From NCBI RefSeq assembly GCF_009914755.1, contig NC_060926.1: 64,000 nucleotides of DNA, one strand, 5' to 3'. Position numbers and translations under genes: made by a program. The notes under the pieces are model-generated. The model was not told the origin of the DNA, searched no databases, and was given only the letters and a program-made list of their open reading frames with translations. Positions 54,109-64,000 of the stretch are shown one piece after another. How positions within the stretch are numbered: the first letter of the stretch is position 1; every line of letters starts with the position of its first letter. Origin of the DNA: the human T2T-CHM13v2.0 reference genome, Homo sapiens.

Positions 54109-56860
54109 AAAGAGAGAGTTCAAAGAGATCTTTGAGACTTGTGAAGCATCTTGGTAGGAACACCAGCTAAAAGAAAGGGCGAGTGAGTCAGGAAATGGGC
54201 AAGTAAATTAGCCATAGAAAAGGAGAAGAGCAGGTAAAACAATGGTAAAGGGGAGGAGCTAGGGACAGATACATAAAACTGATATATATCCTTGAAAACT
54301 AGTGTTTGAATAAAATATACATCATTTGTCCTGCCTAAGGGAGAAAAAGGCACATAACCTGAAACAGGTCATTTGGCTAACAGCACTCTAGAGACAGCCC
54401 AAGTCAACTTTCTGAGTGCCAAGCACACAAAGCTAATCAAAAATATATCATTTAGTAACAAGTGGGCTTACAACAACCAACACAAAAGAAACCAAGTTAT
54501 ACATAATTGAATATGTAGTTTTATGTACTGTGCTGCATCTTCCTAAAAAAGTTGATGTAGTTACATGCAAGACACGGTGAAAATACTGAACATAAATCGG
54601 TATTAAATATTGATGCCCCTGTATTATGTAGAGGTTAGCTTTTCTTCCCCTACAACAAGGAAGAATGTCAGTGCATCTCAAATGTAGCCCAGCTTACTTT
54701 CCCCAGACAACTGCAGCCCTGAGTACTTCAAGGTGCTTGATGTCTAGCTCATCGATACTAATTATTTCTCTTCCCCACTCAGGGTTAAATATACCTTAAT
54801 GGATCTTAAATCTGCCTGACAAAGAGGCTGACTTAGAGACTCATCTTACCCATGACATACAATTATTAATTAATGAGGGTCAGCTGCATAAGAGGATTGC
54901 AGCTGATATGTGTAATAAAGGAAATCATTGCAGACTGAATTATTCACTGTAGAACAGGAAAGAGTACATTTTATTAGAATCATCAAAATTTCCTGTTTCC
55001 AAACTAATTAAGTTAACTGTTTCTGTAGTTTAAGCAAATTGCATTTATATCTTTTCAGTCGCTGCAATTTCCTTCTAGCAAATAAAATGCCTGTGTCTTT
55101 TCATTAAGGGCAATACGCTTCCTTCCCACAATAGTTAAATTCTGTTCTGACATTTTCGTTTCTCCTTGTCGCTTTTGGGTGGGGGTCAAGTAGAGTGTAC
55201 ATTGTTAATCTTTAGAGCTTGAGCCAGTGTTGGCAGCCCAATGTAAGTGAGAAACGAACATAGAGAAATCTCTATAGGCCCCCAATGCTGTTTCCCAACC
55301 GAAGAAAAATGCTTTAGGACAGAGTGACAATTAACTTAAACACACGTTTTCCCTTTTGGGACATTCTTTCCACCTGAGCACACTCTGGTTATCTAATATT
55401 ATCTAAGATTTTGATTTAGGAATGTTCATCTCATGAGTGTATTCTTTTGAAGCTTGAGATCTTATTAAAACAAAGGATGTCAGATGACCTTAGCTTCAAC
55501 CAACTGAACTATATCACAGGCCAGATGTGCAGAGACTCTTGTAGAAAAATCTGTTTGAAAAAAATATATATATCAAAAGAAAACAGAATCACAATGTTTC
55601 AAGCTTAATATACTGACTTATTTCCATTGGAGATATTACAATTGTCGGAATGCATTCTTAATGTTAATATACAACAAAGGACTCTTTGCCCAGCTATTGG
55701 GCTAGCCAGATATGGTGATTAAGATTCTTACAATTGCTTTTTGTTTAGAGATAAGTAACTAGAATGATGTATACTGTATTTCTTCAGCCTTTCCTGAATC
55801 CTGTGTTTGGGTTTCAGCCAGTGGGGACTACAGGCAGGGACACTCTTACAAGCATTCATTGACTTTCACCCTGTAGTTTTTTGTTAATTTATTGCCCATT
55901 AAAATTTAAGATCATGGAGGCCAGAGAATGTCTGCCTAATTTGCTTTGCATGGCAGTTTCTTTATATGCAGTGTATATTAGAATTTTAAAATTACTTGTT
56001 GATAATTTTAAGAAGATAAAATGGAATAGTCTATGCAAATTTCTGCCCAAAGAAATATGTCCTTATATGTTAGAATACATTATACTACATTGTTAAATAA
56101 CACAGTTGAATAACTTTTAAAACATAGGATGATTGTCTTTGTTGGCTTCTAGAATTTACTATTTTTTTGTCTAACTACTGGAAAATCACATCAGTGGCCG
56201 TTCTTTTCTCCTCTCCTTTGCCCCTTTAGTCTTCTGTGTTTATCTCTGAGGACTGCTGCCCTGTCGTTGTTTCCACTTGTCCACTCTAACAATCTGTATG
56301 TCTATGCTGTGCCACTCAGGCAGACGCAATCCCAGAATGTAAAATGTCCATATTGCTTAGCCAACAATGTCCTAAATTCTGTCTATTTCCTCCTCTCCTG
56401 TCTCCCCACTCCATCTTCCTTTTTAACAAAGGAACAAAGGTGTCTGATTTTTTTAAGGTACAACATAAATGGGTGTGACTTGGAGTTGAGTTGGAGAACT
56501 GTTCAAACTTAGAATTCTGTCATTTAACATCCTGAAATCAGCTTTTATAAGTTTATGATAATAGATACCAAGTCACAAATTTTGAATTGTCTAATAGGCA
56601 TCTGTAAAGTACAATATTCTTTTTCGCTAAGCACATGTTTTATTCATATAATATTGATAAAAGCTCAGGCAAAATTATTTACACAAATAAAATCATTAGA
56701 AATGTCAAATATGAAAACTGTAAGATCATTTTATAAAGCTTGGTCTAGTTAATCTCTAAAAGTCTGGGGCTGCTAAGTATAAGATATACAGTCTTCTTCA
56801 AAGTCTCTTCTTTCCCCTTTCTCTTCTTCCAAACAGCTTGATGTTAAGAACCAAAGTTCA

Positions 56861-57192
<332 letters not shown>

Positions 57193-58789
57193 TCAGCATG
57201 AAAGTTTCAGGATTCTTTGGCTGTAACTTTCACACAAGTTAACCTTATTGCAGTTCAGTGGATTAGAGTAAATGTCAAAATGCAAATTAATGCTTTTTGT
57301 CTCCCTACTAAATTAAATGCTAAGTAGGTGTTAATTCTTTAGAAAACTAATTCTGCAAGACTTGCCCCACATCTTATTGGTGAATAAAATTAACTATGAT
57401 TTTAACTTCTCTTCATGTTCCTTTATGGTTTAATCTCATCATAACCCCTGAGTTGGATCCATGGGGCTCTCAAGTCATTCCCTGGATGAAAAAGATCCTT
57501 CTCTGGGCATAAAGTGTTGACTTGTTCAGGACAGGCTGCACTGTCTCTCTTTGTATAACCTTAGTTACATCTCAACATGTATCTATTTGAAGACCTATTT
57601 TTAGAAACTAACATATGTAGTGTTAAAACAAACAAGCAAACTAAACCTCTCCATTTTCAAATGCTAGACAGGGCATGCAACTTTTAGGACAAAATTTAAG
57701 AGTAGTTTCTACTGCAACACCAGTGTTTCAATTTGGACTAACTTGAGATTGTCTTGTTTCATAATCAGTCAATCCTTAGAATTCTTTCCTTTCCCCCATA
57801 GGACATTGTGTAATTTCACTTTTTCCCCAAATAAATGATATTCTGTTTTAGAATAACATACACTTTCTGCCCCAGTATTTTGTCCATAGTAGGCATATGA
57901 ATAACATTTAATTATTTTTGTTGTTATCAATGAATAGTAATGAAGGCGTGTTAACTTTCTCAGAAAACATATGTCTATTCCAAAAGAGGCTTGTCTTATT
58001 TAACCATAAATGAATGGCCTTGATAAATATTCCAGACAGCCTGCAGGTTTCTTGAACAAATATTATTAGACAGAGAATGATTTTGTACATCTGAAATCAA
58101 AACATAGAGAGTGACTATTTTCAAAATTAAATATGATTATAAGGCATGTTTAAATAAATTGGGATTTAAACGTAGGGTTACTTGTACTGGTACTGTAACA
58201 GGTAAAGAACTGTACATATAACCCAGTATTTGTATCAATATAGACAGATTATTTGAATAATTAATCTCAACAATTGCTTTACTCGTAGTATGAGGGATTA
58301 TATTATTCTCTATTCTCTCCTTACTTTTGCTTTTATAAACACCAGGCCTTTACTCAATAAGCCCCACAATATTATTGAAATTACTTGGAAAAAATTCTAG
58401 ACTCATTGCTTAATTATTCCTGTCCTGATTGTGGTAGGTATAAAGATAGTATATAAGCGAGCAGGATAAGTTTATCATCTTAATGCTAAGGTGCTGACAT
58501 TAAAAATGCCGCTATCATTGCCCCTATTAATTAAACATGTTGATTGACTCAACTGAGGCAACATACTAGAAATAACTTTTTCTTAAAAGTTTGTTCATCT
58601 TCTTTTTCTCTTTGTCCAAATTGACAAAAGTAGTTTAGCTACTGTAAACTTTTTATTGAAGATTTTTAAATACATTATCTGATGCATGAATAAATACAGT
58701 TAGGGGCTTAACCATTTTAAGCAATAGGTTTATCATTTCTATAAGAATATATTGAATACTACTAATAATTAAACATTTCTATTGTTGCA

Positions 58790-58980
58790 TAATAATTCTC
58801 TAGCAATTGATCCTAACCCAAATGAAATTTTCTAAATGCCAGATAAAGCATTCAAAATATTGATTTTAAAGAAGCTCAATGAAATCCAAGAGAAACCTGA
58901 AAACTAATACAAAGAAATCCTAAAATTAATTTAGGAAATGAATAAGAAACTTGCCAAGGAAGTAGATACCAAACAAACAA
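58790..58980 (+). mobile_element. Older L1 ORF1 N-terminal fragment
   Basis: 'gccagataaagcattcaaaatattgattttaaagaagctcaatgaaatccaagag'. Confidence 0.8.
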
Positions 58981-60138
58981 ACTGAGGAACCTGATTCAAG
59001 ATGTTTGACTAGACGCAGCCAGGAGGAACATCTGAACCAAAAAGCTGGGGCGTTGGGGAGACTGGTACTCTCTGAGCAGATCTTTTGAGGGAAGGCATTG
59101 AGAGTGGACGAAGGGAGGACACAGAAGCAGAGCTGAAGAGGGAGGAAGCTATGTACTCTGCACAGGACTGCTGTGTACTCTGCACAGGACTGCTGTGCAC
59201 GAGATTTATTCCTGACCCCAATGCCTCTTGGGGAAGGGGTGAGTCAAACAGGTGAGGAGCAACCAACTCTTGCCATGGACCTCTGAAATCCTTGGAGCAA
59301 GAGATTCTACAACCCCCAAGGACACTGGAGCTGGCAAGAAAAGCTGCTTAGAGAGGTAGTAGAGGCAGGACTCCAGCCTGTGCAGAGCCCAGACAGTTTT
59401 GTGTGGGAATATCTGCAGTGGAGCATGGCCAGGGATGCCTATCCTCCAGTGCTCACCGAGCTCCTCTAGGAGACTTTATCCACAGGGGTACTCTTGGACC
59501 TGGACAGAGCAGGGTGGTTTTGCCCATGAGAAGTGACCAGTTCAGTCTGAGCACCCCCCTGTCTCCTGGCTTCTCCGGGGGTGCTAGCCTGCTGCATCTG
59601 CTTGCAGTGCAGCCTCAGATGCCCAACCAGGATGCTTCTCAGGAACTTTCATCATAGTTTCTTCTCTAGCAGACTGTGCCTGACCATCAAAGAGCTCCAG
59701 GAGAGCAGACCCAGATGATGTGCACCAGCCCACCTGCACCCTCCCCTTGCTGCAGTCTCCTCCACAACACCTTGCTGGCACAAAATCACCCATGGCCACT
59801 CCCTAACACCGCTTTGCTAGCATGCATGGGGATGGGCCTTGCTTTCCCTCCTCAACTGGCATTCATGTGTGCACACACCCCACCATGACACTGCAGCCAG
59901 TGTGAGCACACCCTACCCCTCCACAGCCTGCGTGTGGGTCCATTGCTAGACCAAACATGCACAGGAACACTGGCAGCCCTGGCTCCACAAACAAGCAGCA
60001 ACTGCTCCTGTTGTTAAAGCACACACAGAGGCCAGCAACTCCAACTCCAAACTAAGCTTCATAAGGGAAGGAGAAATATGATCCTTTTCAGACAAGCAAA
60101 TGCTAGGGGATTTCCTTACCACCAGAGCTGTCTTAGAG

Positions 60139-60868
60139 GTCATTAGAGAAATACAAATTAGAACCACAATGAAATACCATCTCATGTCAGTTAGAATGGC
60201 AATCATCAAAAATTCAAGAAACAACAGATGCTGGAGAGGATGTGGAGAAATAGGAACACTTTTACACTGTTGGTGGGAGTGTAAATTAGTTTAACCATTG
60301 TGGAAGACAGTGTGGCGATTCCTCAAGGATCTAGAACCAGAAATACCATTTGACCCAGCAATCCCATTACTGGGTATATACCTAAAGGTTTAAAAATCAT
60401 CTACTGTAAAGACACATGCACACGTATGTTTATTGCAGCACTGTTCACAATAGCAAAGACTTGGAACCAACCCAAATGCCCATCAATGATAGACTGGGTA
60501 AAGAAAATGTGGCACATATACACCATGGAATACTATGCATCCATAAAAAAGGATGTGAGTTCATGTCCTTTGCAGGGACATGGATGAAGCTGGAAACCAT
60601 CATTTTCAACAAACTAAAACAAAAACAGAAAAATCAACACCTTATGTTCTCACTCATAAGTGGGAGTCGAACAATAAGAACACATGGACACAGGGAGGGA
60701 AACATCACACACCAGGGCCTGTTGGGGAGTTGGGGGATAGGGGAGGGATAGCATTAGGAGAAATATCTAATGTAGATGACAGGTTGATGGGTGCAGCAAA
60801 CCACCATGGCACGTGTATACCTATGTAACAAACCTGCACATTCTGCCCATGTAACCCAAAACTTAAAG

Positions 60869-60937
<69 letters not shown>

Positions 60938-60938
60938 G
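60139..60938 (+). mobile_element. 5'-truncated L1PA (L1PA7/8-like) with its tail converted to (TA)n(CA)n(TA)n
   Basis: ORF2 C-terminus ([14 protein letters not shown]...[21 protein letters not shown]); 3'UTR with G-rich tract at 60724-60747 and 'gcagcaaaccaccatggcacgtgtatacctatgtaacaaacctgcac'; microsatellite at 60873-60938. Confidence 0.95.
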
Positions 60939-61017
60939 TAGTCCTGAAGGGAGTGCTAAACATGGAGAGATGAAGAGGAGAGATTTACTGGCCACCACAA
61001 AAACACACTTAAGTACG

Positions 61018-61135
61018 TAGACCAGTTACACTATAAAGTAATCACACAAACAATTCTGCATAATAACCAGCTAACATAGACCAGTTACACTATAAAGTAA
61101 TCACACAAACAAGTCTGCATAATAACCAGCTAACA
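61018..61135 (+). repeat. 59-bp tandem duplication, 2 copies, 1 mismatch
   Basis: tagaccagttacactataaagtaatcacacaaacaa(t/g)tctgcataataaccagctaaca at 61018-61076 and 61077-61135. Confidence 0.95.
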
Positions 61136-61438
61136 ACACGATAATAGGAAGAAATCTACAAATATCATACTAACTTTGAATGTAAACAGACTAAATGTCC
61201 AATTAAAAGGCACAGAGAAGTGAGTTGGATTGGATGAAGAAGCAAGAGTCAATTATATGCTGTACTCAAGAGATGCCTACCACAGGCAAGAATACACATA
61301 GGCAAAAAGCAAAAGAATGGAGAAAAATCTACCAAGCAAACAGAAAGCATGTCTTCTTTTATACATGTCTGATTAATGCACTAACCATTTCCTGGATCTA
61401 AAAAACATTAATCAGTTTGTATTCTCCTCTTCCCTCAC

Positions 61439-61497
61439 TACACACACACACACACACACAGCACACACACACACAACACACATGCACACACACACAC
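61439..61497. repeat. Interrupted (CA)n
   Basis: Read directly from the sequence. Confidence 0.92.
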
Positions 61498-61552
61498 TAT
61501 ATTTTCTTAAGACACGTAATTTGGAGTTTCACTCAAATATCTAATTTTAGCT

Positions 61553-61662
61553 ATTTTTAATTTTTTAATTTTAATTATTGTATGTACATGGTATGTGTAT
61601 ATATTTATGGGGCACATGAGATATTTTGGTATAGTCAAGCAATGTGCAATAAGCACATCACT
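61553..61662 (-). mobile_element. Short L1MA 3' end
   Basis: 'tgtatatatttatggggcacatgagatattttggtatagtcaagcaatgtgcaataagcacatca'. Confidence 0.8.
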
Positions 61663-61734
61663 TGAAAACAGCTTCATCTCTATTCCTTTAACAACACTTC
61701 CTTTCGAAAGTCTTTAAATTATCATCTAGAGAAC

Positions 61735-63325
61735 CAAGGCAATTTTTATCATAATTCCAATGGAAGTTTGTTACAGAAAAAGAAAAAAGCAATCCTAAAA
61801 TTCTTATGGAACCACAGAAGACTCCAAATAGTCAAAGCAATCTTGAGAAAGAAATGAAAGTTGGGGTCATCATGTTTCCTGTTTTCAAATTATATCACAA
61901 ATCTATAGTAATCAAAAGGGTAGAATACTGTCATAAAAACAGATACATAGATGAATGGGACAGAATATATAGCACAGAAATAAACCCATGTATATACAGT
62001 CAAATTTCATATATATATATGTGTATATATATATATGAATATATATGAATGTGTATATATATATGAAATAATAGTCTCTTAAATAATAAAGAATCCTGGG
62101 AAAACTGGATATCCACATGCAAAAAATGAAATTTGACCCTTATCTTATACAACACAGAAAAGTTAACTGAAAATGTATTAAAGAGTTAAAGTAAGGCCTA
62201 AAACCATAAAACTTCTAGAAAAAATATTAGACAACAAACATTTTGACATTGGTCTTGGAAATGATATCATGGATATGACACCAAAAGCACAGGCAACAAA
62301 TGCAAAAATAAACAAGTGGGACTACATTAAACTAAAGAGCTCTGTTACAACAAAATAAATAATCAATAAATAGAAAAGGCAACCTACAGAATGGGAGAAA
62401 ATATTTGTAAACCATGTATATGACAAAGGGTTAATATTCAAAATATATAAGAAATGCATACAGTAGCAAAATAAATACATAAATAAAAACATGGGCAAAT
62501 GACTTGAATACACATTTCTCCAAAGAAGATATACAGATGGCCAATAGGGATATGTAAAAATGCTCAACGTCACTAATCATCAGGGAAATGAAACTCAAAA
62601 CCAAAAGAAGATGTAAGTTTTTACTCATTAGGATGTCTATCATAAAAAAGATAAAAGATAATATGTATTGATGAGGATATGGAGAAAAGGGAACCCTTGC
62701 ACACTGTTGGTGGCAGTAAATTGCTGCAGTTGTTATGGAAAACAGTAAGTGTTTCCTCAATAATTTAAAATAGAGCTACCATATGATCCAGCAATCCCTC
62801 TTCTGGGTATATATTAAATGAAAATAAAATCAGTATCTGGAAGAGATAGCTGCAGTCATGTACATTGCAGCATTATTCACAATAGGAAATGACTTTAGTG
62901 TTCACTGACAGAAAAATGTATTAAATAATGTGATGTATATATACAACGGACGACTTTTCAGACTCAAAAAGAAGGAAATCCTGCCATTTGTGACAACATA
63001 GTTGAACCCAGAGGACATTACGCTAAGTGAAATAAGTGAGCCACAGAAAGAAAAATACTGCATGATCACACCTGTATATTGAATCTAAAAAAGTTGTATT
63101 CATAGAAGCAGAGTGTAGAATGGTAGTTACTGGGGACGGGGGATGGGAGAAAAATGGGAGATGTTGATCAAGAGGACAAAGTTTCAGTTATATGGAATGA
63201 ATGAGTTTTAGAGATCTAAAGTACATGATGGAGACTGTGGGTAATAATACTGTATTGTACACTTGAAATTTGCTGAGCGAATAGATCTTAAGTATTTTCT
63301 CCATACGCAAAAAATGGTAACATTT
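61735..63325 (+). mobile_element. L1MA8/9-like ORF2 3' part and 3'UTR
   Basis: 'ggaaccacagaagactccaaatagtcaaagcaatcttgag', 'gagctaccatatgatccagcaatccc', 'aatactgtattgtacacttgaaatttgctgag'. Confidence 0.9.
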
Positions 63326-63339
63326 AATGGATAATATTA

Positions 63340-64000
63340 AAAAAGACATATGAAATCAGAAGGAAAAGTAACAAGCATTTTCAAATTTCTTGAGAGAAGG
63401 CTTTTAAAATTAGGTGATAGAAGAAGATAAAAAAGATAATTTTTAAACTTCTGTATATCAAAAAGCATACATAATAAATGTATACAATTTTTGACAACAA
63501 AGTTAAAGAAAAAATTAAAGTTATAAATGTAGAGTGATTGGAGCAATAAAAAGAAAATTTAATTTTCTATATATCAAAATTTATCAAAAATAGAATAGAA
63601 TATTTGAACAGCTGAAAAATCAGAAAATATTTTAAAACATGATATATATGTATATCTGCACATATATATGAATATGTGTATATATCCACATATATATGCA
63701 CAAACACAACTAGCTTGTGAATCAATAAGAAAAATACAAACATCACAAAGAAAAAGCAAAAAATTCATGTGAGTATATCAGTCACAGTAAAATAATCATA
63801 ACTGGTTTATAAATATGTAACTTTCTATTTCATAAGTAATTAAGTCTAACATTTCCTTTAATAACAAGACATCATTTTGCCTGCCAGATTAGCGAAGATT
63901 TTTAAAATGAATATATTCATTTTCTAGTTAGTCTGATGAGATATTTTCTTAGAGTACATATTGCTAGATCTTTATAGACAGCAATTTAGATGTGTGAGAC
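63340..64000 (+). mobile_element. Very old L1M ORF2 fragment
   Basis: A-rich; 'aaacttctgtatatcaaaaagcat' and 'catcattttgcctgccagattagcgaagatttttaaaatg'. Confidence 0.6.

Larger units (their letters stand above)
58985..61350 (+). mobile_element. Old primate L1 (L1PB or L1PA13-16-like): 5'UTR joined to the ORF1 end, spacer and ORF2 start, split by a younger L1PA
   Basis: 5' start 'caagatgtttgactagacgcagccagg'; ORF1 end 'ccaaactaagcttcataagggaaggagaaat...gacaagcaaatgct' from 60047; resumes at 'gtcctgaagggagtgctaaacatgga' from 60941; ORF2 start 'ctaactttgaatgtaaacagactaaatg'. Confidence 0.85.

Noticed and set aside
60724-60747. G-quadruplex motif
   Set aside because: Known standard feature of the L1PA 3'UTR.

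Overview
Primate (most likely human) AT-rich non-coding DNA, either a gene desert or a large intron. I found no protein-coding gene, RNA gene or CRISPR array. The longest ORF (313 aa) is an L1 ORF2 fragment, and the other ORFs come from Alu, LTR, L1 or simple repeats, or are chance ORFs. The window is a mosaic of interspersed repeats: 11 Alus (most with visible target-site duplications), old and young L1 fragments including a nested L1 complex at about 58.8-61.3 kb, solo LTRs (MER52, two THE1, MLT2, MST/MLT1, MER54-like), Tigger-family DNA transposons, MIR/L2 relics and microsatellites. Subfamily names are from memory of consensus sequences and need RepeatMasker/Dfam confirmation. I see no convincing new biological system. 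The most unusual items are: (1) a 111-bp, ~95% identical inverted copy 1.3 kb from its source, which ends just after an AATAAA and carries an A-rich tail; (2) a 26-bp fold-back inside a MER44 element; (3) an AluY that keeps 22 CpGs despite about a dozen non-CpG changes; (4) a tailless, TSD-less internal L1PA ORF2 fragment; (5) an old L1 whose 5'UTR is joined directly to the end of ORF1.
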